Notes: generated by a model from the sequence alone, not told the origin. 64,000 nucleotides of DNA from Candidatus Cloacimonadales bacterium (GCA_963674825.1 OY771587.1:3392001-3456000); one strand, 5' to 3'; counted from the first letter of the stretch, positions 47,297-57,596 are shown. Translations and numbers: made by a program.

Positions 47297-48214
47297 ATGG
47301 GAAACGAGAGGATGAAAGAAGATTTCAGGCGACTTGGGCCAGAGCACAAAGAAATTGTGCTGAAAATGGTCGAGCAGATATGGGACGGCGAGGATTATAC
47401 CAAGATCGTATATGACGACTGGGTACAGAACCAGCGAAGTCCATTTTACGGCCTGTGGATCGACGATAACCTCGTAGGAATCGGGAAACTGACTCGGCTT
47501 ACTGACCACGATATTTGGCTGGAAGGCCTCAAGAAAAATCCCGAGTGCACCATACCCGGAATAGGAAAACGCTTCGTGAAGTTTTTCTTCGACATGCTGA
47601 AAGACGAGTCCGGGCTGCATTCAATCCGTTTTTCTACATATTATGCCAATACGGAATCGATCCGGCTCAATACGCAAATCGGATTCGAAAAAACGCATAC
47701 ATTTTCAAATCTGACATACGAAATCGACGTATTCAAGCAACCGGTCGAGGGTGTGGAAATCTTTAATGGTAGTATCGAAGACTTGGTGGGGTTATTCTCA
47801 GAGTCCGAATTTTTCCACGCTATGGATGGCTTTATTACCCAGGGATGGGTTTTCTATCCATCGACAGAAGACATTCTGCGGAAATTTATTCGTAATGGGA
47901 TTGTTCTTGTGACACGTTCCGAGAATGGCATCGAAGGAGCTATCCTGCTTACCGATTCCCCAAAGGAGCGTTCGGTCAGCCTTGTTTCGATCGCAGCCGA
48001 AGACGAAGCTACCAGGAAGAAGCTTCTCGATGGTGCGGTGTATCTGACACAGCAGCGAGGCGTGGAGCGGATCACGATGATGTGTCCGGAACACCCTGCA
48101 TACCTGCAATGGCTCAAGGATTTCGGTTTTGAGAGCTGGGAGCAGGATCACGACGTTTTTCTTTTCACTTATCCTATGGAGACACTGAAGGTGTTTGACT
48201 CGTCCAGGTTATGA
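47297..48214 (+). CDS. GNAT-family N-acetyltransferase-like protein (two GNAT-like halves)
   Basis: IWDGEDY...WLEGL...GIGK...N.ESIRL....GFEK. Confidence 0.75.
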   Translation: MGNERMKEDFRRLGPEHKEIVLKMVEQIWDGEDYTKIVYDDWVQNQRSPFYGLWIDDNLVGIGKLTRLTDHDIWLEGLKKNPECTIPGIGKRFVKFFFDMLKDESGLHSIRFSTYYANTESIRLNTQIGFEKTHTFSNLTYEIDVFKQPVEGVEIFNGSIEDLVGLFSESEFFHAMDGFITQGWVFYPSTEDILRKFIRNGIVLVTRSENGIEGAILLTDSPKERSVSLVSIAAEDEATRKKLLDGAVYLTQQRGVERITMMCPEHPAYLQWLKDFGFESWEQDHDVFLFTYPMETLKVFDSSRL

Positions 48215-48292
48215 CCCCTGAACCCGACAATGACTGATTTTCTTGACATCGGATCGACGATGTTGTGGATTTCAACCTGAAGAGGAGGAGGA

Positions 48293-48685
48293 ATGCGAAC
48301 AGTTGCTGTTTTATTTGTTATGTTTTCAATTCTAACCGCGTGTAGCGCCGCCAAATCGCTCGAAGAACGTGAGCTGGCTTCCAATCGTTATCAGGCCGGT
48401 GTACTGAAGAAAAGCTGCTCCGAGCAGAACATTCAAAATGCCCTTACCCACGAGGCCGATTCGCTGTATGTGGTTGCTACTGAATACGAGAGAACCAAGC
48501 GCCCCGAGAAGGCGATCAACGCGCTGGACCGCGCGGTTGTGATCTACAGCCTTGCGCTCGCACAGCGGGATCTGGACGAGAGCAAGAAACGGCACGAAAG
48601 CCAGATCGAATCGTTGGAAATGACCAAGAAGCAACTGGAATATGCACAACGACTGCTCGAAGAGGTTAAGGGAGGCCAGGAATGA
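48293..48685 (+). CDS. Helical lipoprotein (DUF4398-like partner of the OmpA-family protein)
   Basis: GGAGG RBS; lipobox LTAC; coiled-coil; overlaps the OmpA-family start. Confidence 0.7.
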   Translation: MRTVAVLFVMFSILTACSAAKSLEERELASNRYQAGVLKKSCSEQNIQNALTHEADSLYVVATEYERTKRPEKAINALDRAVVIYSLALAQRDLDESKKRHESQIESLEMTKKQLEYAQRLLEEVKGGQE

Positions 48686-49554
48686 TTCGCAAGCTGACCC
48701 TCCTGATCCTCATGTTACCAGCGCTGATTTTTGCTTCAGGTAATGGCGACGAAGTTATGTCTTCCCTCGTTAAAACCAAGAGCGAATTGCACCAGCGATA
48801 TAAAAATTACCTCGATTCAGGCATTGTCCGCGAAGTCTATCTCTATCCACTCGCACTGGCGCGTATCGACGACGCACTGTACATGTATGAGAAATCGCCC
48901 CGCAGCGATGAAACCAAAGAGCAGATCGAGCTAGCCAATATGTTGGCGGAAGCCGCGATGAATCAGATGACTGCGGCTATGAACTATGCCATGACCTTGC
49001 GCCTGCAGGATGAAACTGAACAGAATCTCAAGGAAATCGCGCGCATCAGAGACGAAGTTAGCCAGATCCAGCAGGATACGGCCTTCCAAACCGCGCAGCA
49101 ATTGCAGCATCAGATCATGCGGCAACAGCAGGAGCTTGAAATCCAGCGTCGTGAAGCACAGCAGCGTTTCGATCAGCTTAGAAGCGAACTGATTAGTGTC
49201 AAGCAGGACGCTCGCGGAACCATCATCAGCATGTCGGATATCCTCTTCGATGTCGGACAGGCAAGCCTTACGTCCGATCTGCAGATCAACCTGGCCAAAA
49301 TTGCCGGGATTCTGCTGGTATATAAAGATTTGAATATCACCATCGAAGGTCATACCGACAACACCGGCAGTAGAGAATTCAATCAGACGCTGTCTGAAAA
49401 CCGCGCCGAAAACGTCCTTAATTTTCTCATCGAACAGGGTGTGAATCCAACGAGGTTATCCTCGATGGGGTATGGTTTCGATAAACCGGTAGCAAATAAC
49501 GATACCGTCGAAGGAAGGGCAAAGAATCGTCGAGTCGACCTCGTGATTCGCTGA
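48682..49554 (+). CDS. OmpA/MotB-family peptidoglycan-binding protein with coiled-coil
   Basis: DILFD, IEGHTDNTG, NQTLSENRA, NRRVDLVI. Confidence 0.92.
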   Translation: MIRKLTLLILMLPALIFASGNGDEVMSSLVKTKSELHQRYKNYLDSGIVREVYLYPLALARIDDALYMYEKSPRSDETKEQIELANMLAEAAMNQMTAAMNYAMTLRLQDETEQNLKEIARIRDEVSQIQQDTAFQTAQQLQHQIMRQQQELEIQRREAQQRFDQLRSELISVKQDARGTIISMSDILFDVGQASLTSDLQINLAKIAGILLVYKDLNITIEGHTDNTGSREFNQTLSENRAENVLNFLIEQGVNPTRLSSMGYGFDKPVANNDTVEGRAKNRRVDLVIR

Positions 49555-49556
49555 GT

Positions 49557-50768
49557 ATGACACCGAAAATTCTGGTATTTGACGAAGACCGTGATAACCT
49601 TCTGACGCTTAAGTCGAGATATCACCCGCTTGAATCGAACTATTCGATTGAGTATCTGGACGACCCGACCAGGCTGAGGCTGATGCTGAAGAATCAATAT
49701 GACGTCTTTGCCTGTAAGACATCGCTGTACGACCACATGGCACTCGATGTCCTCGATACGCTCAAAGAACACCATCCCAATACAATCCGCATCATCATTG
49801 CCGATTCGGATCAGCAACTTCAGCGACTTCAATCCACAGGAAGCGCGCATCGTTATCTCGGGCAGGATCACGGCGTGGAAGACATTAAGCTCGCTCTGGA
49901 TAACATTTTTGGGCTGAATGAGATCGTCTCGAATCCGAAGCTCAAGAGCTTTGTGCACAATATGCATTCGTTGCCGACGCTGCCATATATTTATACAGAG
50001 ATCATGCGCAAGCTGAAGAATCCCGACATCACAGCGCGTGAGATCGGAGCTCTTATTGAAAAGGATATCAGCCTGACCGCCGAGATCCTTCGCATCGTCA
50101 ATTCGTCCTATTACGCCATCCGAAATAAAATATCCGAGCCATCACAGGCGGTGGTCATGCTTGGCTTAACCGCAGTGCGAGACATTGTGTTATCGCTTTT
50201 CCTATACAATCACTTCAAGGTACGTAATTTCAAGGGTATTTCGTTTAAAAGTGTCTGGAATCATTCGCTTGCCACAGCCGGATTCGCTCGTAAGATCGCC
50301 CAGCTTAATAGCCTCAATGATTGCAATCTTGGCGAGGTTTTTGTGGCTGGACTCTTGAATTGCGTCGGAATGTTGTTCATGGCGCAGGAATATCCGGAAG
50401 ATTACTTCCAGGTTGTGCTGAGAGCGGAACGTGACCGCATCCTTCTGTTGGACGCTGAAGAGAGTGTGTTTGAGTTTAACCACAATGAAATGGGCGCATA
50501 CCTCATGGGATTATGGGGTCTGTCCGATTCGATTGTGAGGGCGATCGCATTCAGCGATACCATCGAAAAAGTGATGGAACCAAAGATCAACCATCCGTTG
50601 ATCATCTATCTTGCGAAAAGGATCGATTTCCAAAAACATCCCCACTGGTGTAAGGGTGAAATTCCGGTGATCGATCTTGAACGGCTGGAAGGGCTTCCTT
50701 ATTTTGGGGAAATTCAAATATGGCTTGCAGAGTTGCTGGAGATGACTTTTGATAAGGATGTAGAATGA
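49557..50768 (+). CDS. Receiver-like + HDOD domain protein (degenerate)
   Basis: LPTLP, DISLTAEILRIVNSSYY, AVVMLG, WNHS, HNEMGAYLMGLWGL. Confidence 0.85.
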   Translation: MTPKILVFDEDRDNLLTLKSRYHPLESNYSIEYLDDPTRLRLMLKNQYDVFACKTSLYDHMALDVLDTLKEHHPNTIRIIIADSDQQLQRLQSTGSAHRYLGQDHGVEDIKLALDNIFGLNEIVSNPKLKSFVHNMHSLPTLPYIYTEIMRKLKNPDITAREIGALIEKDISLTAEILRIVNSSYYAIRNKISEPSQAVVMLGLTAVRDIVLSLFLYNHFKVRNFKGISFKSVWNHSLATAGFARKIAQLNSLNDCNLGEVFVAGLLNCVGMLFMAQEYPEDYFQVVLRAERDRILLLDAEESVFEFNHNEMGAYLMGLWGLSDSIVRAIAFSDTIEKVMEPKINHPLIIYLAKRIDFQKHPHWCKGEIPVIDLERLEGLPYFGEIQIWLAELLEMTFDKDVE

Positions 50769-52156
50769 AGAAGTTGAGAATCAAGATCGTCGATGCGGAT
50801 CAGGACGCTGCAGATTACGCGAAATACCTGCTGGATAACCTCGGCTACCAGCCCATCGTTGGAACCTCGACCGAACGCAAAGAGATGCTCAAAGAGAATC
50901 CCGACGTAATTCTTATGAATCTCGATGTTGAGGGCGGTTACGACTTCATCTTCGACGCCGAATCGCTCCGTTCAGAATTCAATATTCCGCTGATTTACAT
51001 GCTCGATTATCTTGCTGACGATGACATCATCCGGGCTACGGAGACCTGTCCCTACGGCTTTCTGATGAAGCCTTTCGAAAAGCTCGAGCTGCACATCGCC
51101 ATCCAGGCGGCTATTCAGAATTTCCGCAACGAACAGGCTTTACGCGCCAGTGAAGAACGCTATCGTATGTTGACCATGAACTCATCCGATATCACCGAGA
51201 TCCTCAGTCCGGACGGTATTATTCTGTTCGAAAGCGCGGCGGTGGAGCATATTCTTGGTTACAAACCCGGTAAGAGGCTTGGCCAGAAGCTTGTAGAATA
51301 CGTGCATCCTGACGATCAGTACATGATTCACAAGATGTTCATGGATCTTCTCAGCATGCAATCGAAGAAGGTAAAAGAAGAATTCCGCATCAGGCATCAA
51401 GACGGCCATTGGCTGATCTTCGAAAGCATTGGCTGCAATTTGGTTCACGATCCCACGATTCGCGGAATTGTTCTAAACACGCGCGACATTACAGATCGCA
51501 AGAAAGCAGAGGAAGAAATTCGCCGCATCGAGAAAGCGGTAGATGGTTCCAGCGACGCGATCTGCATTCTTGAGCCAACAGGAAAATCCATTTATCAGAA
51601 TCAGGCATTTGAAAAGCTATTCGGTTACACGTTTGAAGAAATCAATGAGCCCGGCAGGCTTGAAGGGTTGTACGAAAATCCAGATACGATCCAGGATATC
51701 CTCGGTTCCCTCAAGTTGAAACAGTCGTGGGTGTCAGAAGCAGATATGGTAAACCGAAACGGTGAAAAACTGATTGTATCGGTTCGGGCAGACGTAATTC
51801 GTTCGGAAAGTGATCAGGTTGAGGGCGTTGTTTTCATTCACACGAACACGACGGATCAGCGGACGATCGAGCGCGAGATTGCCGAATTGGAGAAGCGCAA
51901 TTCTATCCTGGCGATGGCGGTGACAGCCAATCACGAGATCAATCAGCCACTTATGGTACTCAATGCCAATCTGGAGATGCTCCACACAAATCTATCGGAT
52001 GAAGTTCGGAAAGAAAACCGGCGTTATTTCGATCGTTCAACCATCGCCATCGAGCGAATCCGCAATATTCTGGACAGCTATAAGCAATTGCATCACATCG
52101 AGTTCGATGACTATACGGATGGAACGCAAATGGTGACCTACGACGAAGAGGATTAG
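50765..52156 (+). CDS. Pseudo-receiver + 2 PAS + HisKA (DHp) protein lacking a HATPase domain
   Basis: PYGFLMKPF, VHPDD, RDITDRK, NQAFEKLFGY, ANHEINQPL; ends about 65 aa after the His. Confidence 0.85.
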   Translation: MKKLRIKIVDADQDAADYAKYLLDNLGYQPIVGTSTERKEMLKENPDVILMNLDVEGGYDFIFDAESLRSEFNIPLIYMLDYLADDDIIRATETCPYGFLMKPFEKLELHIAIQAAIQNFRNEQALRASEERYRMLTMNSSDITEILSPDGIILFESAAVEHILGYKPGKRLGQKLVEYVHPDDQYMIHKMFMDLLSMQSKKVKEEFRIRHQDGHWLIFESIGCNLVHDPTIRGIVLNTRDITDRKKAEEEIRRIEKAVDGSSDAICILEPTGKSIYQNQAFEKLFGYTFEEINEPGRLEGLYENPDTIQDILGSLKLKQSWVSEADMVNRNGEKLIVSVRADVIRSESDQVEGVVFIHTNTTDQRTIEREIAELEKRNSILAMAVTANHEINQPLMVLNANLEMLHTNLSDEVRKENRRYFDRSTIAIERIRNILDSYKQLHHIEFDDYTDGTQMVTYDEED

Positions 52157-52572
52157 AACTTCAAGCGTTTAACGCCATCCATCCCGACCGGCATATATTC
52201 GATTTCATCCAGTACCAGTTCGATCAACGCGTAATTGGGATCTTTCGCGTTCTTGAAGTAGTTAGAGAACGGCGGAACCATCTTTAAAACCGTGTCCTTC
52301 AACGCGGTGTCATCGACAAATCTTGCTGATCCACGGCCACGGATGTAGCCATTCTTTCTGTTTTCTCGTATAAGTTTGCAGAACTCAATATTAGGGTTTT
52401 CCTGCAATTGCTTCGACTTGGCGTCGCTGTAAAATGTGCAGACAAAAAGACGCGCGTCCAGATGGATCATGATCATCGGGCGGACGCGAGGGCGGTCACC
52501 ATCGATAGTAGCGAGTTCTATCTCCTGAAGTGTCTGAATATGACCCCAAATTTCATCGCGTAGTGCTTTCAT
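52153..52572 (-). CDS. Pyridoxamine 5'-phosphate oxidase family (FMN-binding split barrel)
   Basis: LATIDGDRPRVRPM, K.KQLQENPNIE. Confidence 0.88.
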   Translation of the reverse strand: MKALRDEIWGHIQTLQEIELATIDGDRPRVRPMIMIHLDARLFVCTFYSDAKSKQLQENPNIEFCKLIRENRKNGYIRGRGSARFVDDTALKDTVLKMVPPFSNYFKNAKDPNYALIELVLDEIEYMPVGMDGVKRLKF

Positions 52573-52585
52573 AGTACCTCTTCTA

Positions 52586-53317
52586 TCAGTCTTTCCAGCC
52601 GATCTTCCACTTTAGCAGCTTACTCTGGCATTCACGGTTACCAAGCCTGGCTGCTTCTTTCATATGTTCAATCGATTTCTCCGATTCTCCCATACGAGCA
52701 AGGATCTGGCTGAGTTTGTGATGAGCGTTAGCATGGCGTGGGTACATCTGGACAGCCTTGTTTAGCTGTTCGAAGGCGTCGTCGTACTTAGCCATCTCCA
52801 GCAGAAGTTCGCCCAGTTCGTAATATGCCATGGCGGTCATGGTAGGTTGAAACTGGCGCTTGATTTTATTCACGGACTGAAGCGATTTCTTGAGGAAATC
52901 TGCCGCGGCGTTATCCCGCTCAAGGCGACGGATTTCTCGCGCTACAGCAACGGTGCGTTCTGGATTTGGCTCGATCTCGATTTCGCGCTTGTAGGCTTCT
53001 ATCGCCTTCTTGACGTTCTTTTCGCGCATGTAGATATTACCCAACTCATAAAATGCCAGGTAGTACTGCTTATCAATTTCTGTTGCGGCAAGGAAGTGCT
53101 TTTTCGCCTCGTCATCTTCTTTGAGCGAAAGGTAGATCTTACCTAAGACGTATTCTGCCTCTGCGTATTTAGGATAGATACGAAGCCCTTTCTTGAGCGT
53201 GTCAATCGCATCGCTCATCTCTTTTCTTCTGAACTGCTCTTTGCCTTCTTCAAATAGTTTTGAAGCTTCTTCAGGCATTTCTTCGTCACTTCCGAAAAAC
53301 TTCTTCAAAAAGCCCAT
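52586..53317 (-). CDS. Tetratricopeptide repeat protein
   Basis: Repeated AxYxLG...A...F/Y..A..I.P motifs; start MGFLKKFFG. Confidence 0.88.
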   Translation of the reverse strand: MGFLKKFFGSDEEMPEEASKLFEEGKEQFRRKEMSDAIDTLKKGLRIYPKYAEAEYVLGKIYLSLKEDDEAKKHFLAATEIDKQYYLAFYELGNIYMREKNVKKAIEAYKREIEIEPNPERTVAVAREIRRLERDNAAADFLKKSLQSVNKIKRQFQPTMTAMAYYELGELLLEMAKYDDAFEQLNKAVQMYPRHANAHHKLSQILARMGESEKSIEHMKEAARLGNRECQSKLLKWKIGWKD

Positions 53318-53387
53318 GGTAACCCCGACTGTTTCATTATGATACACAAATAGTATAGATAAATTCTGAATGTTACCAAGTTTTTAC

Positions 53388-54275
53388 TCATGATATCCTG
53401 CTTACTTCGATAATCTGCTGAGCCCGGTTCCTGAAGGTGTAATCATTACAAAGCATCTGGCTGATTTTTGCTGCTCGTGCGGCATGAGCATGGTCTTCAA
53501 GGTAATCGGTAAGTAATTGATCGAGCTCGCTTACTGTGCGATAGAACGGCACGCCGATCTTCTCCAAGCCTTGCACGGCATCACTGATTTGAAGGCATCC
53601 CAGTGCAGCGAGATCATAGGTGCGGTTGTTGATGAATCCATATTTAAGCATGGTGGCGTGGTGGTCGTTCAGGTTGATCCGCGCAGAGCCATAAACCTTT
53701 GGCAGATCGCTATAGGGAACGAAATTCGCGAGAATCCGGTCAACCGGCAGCACGCCTTTCCAGCCGTCGCCGATCACCTTGAAGCGGTTGGCGAAGCTTG
53801 TTTGCAGGATGTCTTCGATGATTTTGCGATAGCGGAAATTATCGTAGTAGTTATTGCCTATGAAAAGGATATCGTGCTCGATCTTACGTTCAATAGGATG
53901 GAAAAGGTCTGGATCGCTGGCCTGCGGGAGGAAGTCCACCGGCACCTTGAGGTCTTTCTTCACGGTGGCGGCAAAGGGCTCGGATGCGATGAATACGTGA
54001 TCGAATGCGCTAAGCTCGTCCGGCGTGCGAATCTCGGGATGGCTTATGCACCAGATGAGATTACGGTGATAGCGGCGTGGCTTGTATTGAAACAGTCCGG
54101 TGATGACCAGACAGGTATCGAAGGCGCGGTCGTCGCTATACCACTCGGTGTAGAAACGAACTTCCGCCCGATGGCCCAGTTTGCGGAATTCTTTGGCAAG
54201 GCTTTCGGCAAAGCAGGTGTCTCCCCAGCCAACTTCCTGCCGGGTTGGTGTGCATATCTTGATAACGATGTTCAT
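53388..54275 (-). CDS. Glycosyltransferase (CgeB/YkvP-like GT-B)
   Basis: WGD, WCISHP, FIGN, INLNDH..M...GFINNRTYD..A.G...ISD. Confidence 0.8.
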   Translation of the reverse strand: MNIVIKICTPTRQEVGWGDTCFAESLAKEFRKLGHRAEVRFYTEWYSDDRAFDTCLVITGLFQYKPRRYHRNLIWCISHPEIRTPDELSAFDHVFIASEPFAATVKKDLKVPVDFLPQASDPDLFHPIERKIEHDILFIGNNYYDNFRYRKIIEDILQTSFANRFKVIGDGWKGVLPVDRILANFVPYSDLPKVYGSARINLNDHHATMLKYGFINNRTYDLAALGCLQISDAVQGLEKIGVPFYRTVSELDQLLTDYLEDHAHAARAAKISQMLCNDYTFRNRAQQIIEVSRIS

Positions 54276-54278
54276 CGG

Positions 54279-55871
54279 TTAAAACCTCTGTTTGGGCCAG
54301 ATAAAACAGTCCAATGCTATGGCTTGTCTGTTGTCATGCAAAGAATTTATCTTCGCGATGAAGCAGTGCTGGAGTGGATTTTCGATCGGTCTGCATTCAC
54401 CCGGAGAGTAATAGGTGAGAGGCCCATTGATGCGCTCGTCCGGAAGCCGAAGCGTCTGCGGAAAGTAGTGTCCGATGCGCTGTTCGGGTGCATCGATCTG
54501 ATTGCTGACCATCGGTACGAACATCCCGAAATCAGGATTCGTGAGCATTTGCCCAATGAGCATGATGGGAAGCAGACTGGAGGCATTCCAGCTGGAATCG
54601 AGATAGATTACATGCTCGGTGCGTACATGCGGAAGTGCGGTGTGGACTTGCCGCCAGGGATCGCGGTCGTCGCGGAAATCGGGTACGATGAGTGCTTTGA
54701 TGTCTTGGTCGTCGAAAGTGGGCAGTGAGGGATAGTAGGCTGCTGTGAAGATGAGCGCGAAGCGGTTTGCATATCGCTTGATGTAGAACTCCATCTCATC
54801 CGGGTGCGCGTTGCCGATTACGATCGTCGCCTGCTTCTGATCCGGTAATTGCGCTATCGCCTGAAAGACTCTACTGGTAGCGCTGCCGTCGGTGACACTG
54901 ATAAATTTTTTCGCGATCTCAAGCGATGTGGGAAGTTCTGGTTTTTCCAGCAATACAGGTAAGTCGTGCGGATCGGTGAATCGGAGACCGACATCGCGGA
55001 AGCGATTCTCCAAGTCGTTCGGATCGTGCTTCTCCATCCGGTAGGGACCATCGAACAACAGCACCGGCTTGCCAGTCGCGGCGAATTCGTAGATTACAGA
55101 GGAGATGTCGGAGATCAGAACATCGGCTGCTGAAAGTGCGGGTGTGATATCCGAGTCATCGAGGAAGATGGCCCGTGGATGTTTCTGCGCGTACTGGATG
55201 AACGGCTCGCGCCATTCTTCCGGCGTGATAGCGTGCAGCTTGATTAGCAAATTGAAATTCTGCGGGAAATATTGCTCCAGCTCCATCTCCAGATGGGGTA
55301 TGAGGCTGTATTCGTGATTGAATGTTGGCGCGAAGAGAATCGTCTTGAAACTTGGATCCAGTGACCACCCGCGCAGTAGTGCGTCACGCTCGAGGCTACC
55401 GTCGAAGAGGGGATCGAGCTTGGGCATGCCGGTCACCGCAATAGGACGATAGACCTGGTGGAAGAGCTCGTTTCTGTGGATCGCCCCCGGTACGCAGATC
55501 AGGTCGGCCGCGTTTTCCCGGCGGCTGACTGGCTTACGGGTGTAAAAGCTGCCCTTGCAGATGGTTCCATGCCCGATGTTTATCAGCTTCCCACATCCCT
55601 CAACCCATTCATAGCTCGAATCGGCGAGGAAGGTATAGTGCGGATCGAACATATACGGATTCTGCACGACTGTAAAAGGCGTGTCCAGTGCTGCCTGGAT
55701 CATCTCAAGGCGCGCTCCCCTGCCACGATGTCCGCTCTTGCTTGGCTGCCAGGCAAACGAGTAGATTCCGACCTCGCCCAGTCCGTTCTCGTGGATGTGG
55801 TCGATCAGTCTTTTATACAGACCGATGTGGAATTCCCGTTCAACAAAGAAAAGCCAACGCGTTTCAGCCAT
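54279..55871 (-). CDS. CDP-glycerol glycerophosphotransferase (TagB/TagF-like) family protein with a C-terminal GT2-like remnant
   Basis: IGHG, TGMPKLD, ILFAPTFN, IKLH, ADVLISDISSVIYEF, DGSATSR; start MAETRW after GGAG. Confidence 0.85.
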   Translation of the reverse strand: MAETRWLFFVEREFHIGLYKRLIDHIHENGLGEVGIYSFAWQPSKSGHRGRGARLEMIQAALDTPFTVVQNPYMFDPHYTFLADSSYEWVEGCGKLINIGHGTICKGSFYTRKPVSRRENAADLICVPGAIHRNELFHQVYRPIAVTGMPKLDPLFDGSLERDALLRGWSLDPSFKTILFAPTFNHEYSLIPHLEMELEQYFPQNFNLLIKLHAITPEEWREPFIQYAQKHPRAIFLDDSDITPALSAADVLISDISSVIYEFAATGKPVLLFDGPYRMEKHDPNDLENRFRDVGLRFTDPHDLPVLLEKPELPTSLEIAKKFISVTDGSATSRVFQAIAQLPDQKQATIVIGNAHPDEMEFYIKRYANRFALIFTAAYYPSLPTFDDQDIKALIVPDFRDDRDPWRQVHTALPHVRTEHVIYLDSSWNASSLLPIMLIGQMLTNPDFGMFVPMVSNQIDAPEQRIGHYFPQTLRLPDERINGPLTYYSPGECRPIENPLQHCFIAKINSLHDNRQAIALDCFIWPKQRF

Positions 55872-55914
55872 AAAATTCTCCATGATGCAAGGATTACGCA
55901 TCGTGGGCGGTTCC

Positions 55915-55944
55915 TGTCAAAGGAAACTTCGTTTTTCGTTGACA
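55915..55944. promoter_or_regulatory. Back-to-back divergent -35 elements
   Basis: TGTCAA (55915-55920, minus strand) and TTGACA (55939-55944, plus strand) between the divergent glycan operons. Confidence 0.45.
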
Positions 55945-55999
55945 TATTTGCTTCGAGTCTCAGGTTTACCATTAAAATGACGTGAATGAAAGGAATGAT

Positions 56000-56986
56000 A
56001 TGATAATCAGCCGAACCCCGTTTCGCATATCGTTTTTCGGTGGCGGTACCGATTACCCTGTGTGGTACGAGAAGCATGGCGGTGCCGTGCTTTCCACTAC
56101 TATCGACAAGTATTGCTACATAACCTGCCGTTGGCTACCGCCGTTCTTCCCGCACAAGCATCGTATCGTCTATTCCCGCATGGAAAACGTGCGTGAGCTC
56201 AGCGAGATCGAGCATCCTTCAGTGCGCGAAGTTCTCCGCTACCTGAAGATCGAACGTGGCTTGGAGATTCACCACGACGGCGATCTCCCGGCACGCTCGG
56301 GTCTTGGATCCAGCTCCGCTTTCACGGTGGGACTGCTCCACACCATCTACGCGCTCGAAGGCAAGATGATGTCCAAGCAACAGCTCGCGCATCAGGCGAT
56401 TCACGTCGAGCAGAAATTGATCGGAGAGAACGTTGGCTCGCAGGATCAGGTTGCTGCAGCGTATGGTGGTTTGAACCACGTCCGTTTCCAACCCGGTGGC
56501 GATATCGATGTGCAGCCGGTGATCCTGAGCGAGAAGCGCAAGAACGATCTTCAGGATCGCGTGATGTTCTTCTTTACCGGATTCTCGAGGATGGCTTCCG
56601 AGATTGCGGCAAAGCAGATCAAGAACACCCCGAAGAAAGAAAAAGAGCTACACCGTATGCGCGAAATGGTGGATGAAGCGCTGGAAATTCTGACTTGCGA
56701 CGGAACGTCGATCGAAGAATTCGGCAAGTTGCTGCACAAGAACTGGGAGCTCAAGCGCTCACTGTCCGACAGCATCACCAATCCGGCCATCGATGAATTC
56801 TACCAAAAGGCAATGCAGGCCGGTGCGTCCGGCGGCAAGCTGATAGGAGCCGGAGGCGGTGGATTCATGCTGTTCATGGTCGAGCCTGAGCGACAGAACG
56901 CAGTCAGAGAAGCGCTTTCCGATCTGCTCTATGTTCCGATTAAATTCGAAACTGGTGGCAGCAGGATTATTGTGTACGAACCATAA
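56000..56986 (+). CDS. hddA: D-glycero-alpha-D-manno-heptose-7-phosphate kinase (GHMP)
   Basis: RTPFRISFFGGGTD, PARSGLGSS, GSQDQ, GGKLIGAGGGGF. Confidence 0.88.
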   Translation: MIISRTPFRISFFGGGTDYPVWYEKHGGAVLSTTIDKYCYITCRWLPPFFPHKHRIVYSRMENVRELSEIEHPSVREVLRYLKIERGLEIHHDGDLPARSGLGSSSAFTVGLLHTIYALEGKMMSKQQLAHQAIHVEQKLIGENVGSQDQVAAAYGGLNHVRFQPGGDIDVQPVILSEKRKNDLQDRVMFFFTGFSRMASEIAAKQIKNTPKKEKELHRMREMVDEALEILTCDGTSIEEFGKLLHKNWELKRSLSDSITNPAIDEFYQKAMQAGASGGKLIGAGGGGFMLFMVEPERQNAVREALSDLLYVPIKFETGGSRIIVYEP

Positions 56987-57014
56987 AATTAATTACAACT
57001 ATAAAGAGGATACC

Positions 57015-57596
57015 ATGGAAAAAATGATCACTCAAGCGATCCATGATTCGATCGAGACCAAACGCAAGATTTTTGAAGATACTGAGCTGTGCAAAGACAT
57101 TGCAAAGGCTGCGGAGCTCTGCATCGAAAGCCTGAAAAACGGCGGCAGAGTGCTCTTCTGTGGAAACGGTGGAAGCGCGGCTGATGCCCAGCACCTTGCG
57201 GCTGAACTCTCCGGCAGATTCTACTATGACAGACCGCCGCTGGATGGCGAAGCTCTGCATGTGAATACATCCTATCTCACAGCCGTAGCCAACGATTATT
57301 CCTACGACGAGATCTACGCACGCCTGGTGCAGGCAAAGGGAAGAAAGGGCGATGTCCTGGTCGGGCTCTCCACGTCCGGTAATTCCCCAAACGTCATTCG
57401 GGCGTTCGAGCGTGCCCACGAGATCGGTATGACCACCATCAGCATGACCGGCAAGGGTGGCGGCAAGATGAAAGAAATGTGCACGGTTAATCTCATCGCG
57501 CCATCCGATATCACGCCTCGTATTCAGGAAGCACATATCCTTATCGGCCACATTCTTTGCGAGTTGATCGAGGCCGTCATTTTCCCTAAAAAATGA
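57015..57596 (+). CDS. gmhA: Phosphoheptose isomerase
   Basis: CGNGGSAADAQH, ANDY, STSGNSPN, RIQEAH; start 57015 after GAGG. Confidence 0.95.
   Translation: MEKMITQAIHDSIETKRKIFEDTELCKDIAKAAELCIESLKNGGRVLFCGNGGSAADAQHLAAELSGRFYYDRPPLDGEALHVNTSYLTAVANDYSYDEIYARLVQAKGRKGDVLVGLSTSGNSPNVIRAFERAHEIGMTTISMTGKGGGKMKEMCTVNLIAPSDITPRIQEAHILIGHILCELIEAVIFPKK

Noticed and set aside
52153..52572. Missing HATPase domain hidden behind the TAG at 52156
   Set aside because: The region is occupied by a convergent pyridoxamine-oxidase-family gene, and I saw no N/G-box motifs on the + strand.
53517..54728. 403-aa + strand ORF
   Set aside because: Antisense to two well-supported glycosyltransferase genes and without recognisable motifs; a shadow ORF, like 1710..2312, 12358..13047, 36080..36769 and most short track ORFs.
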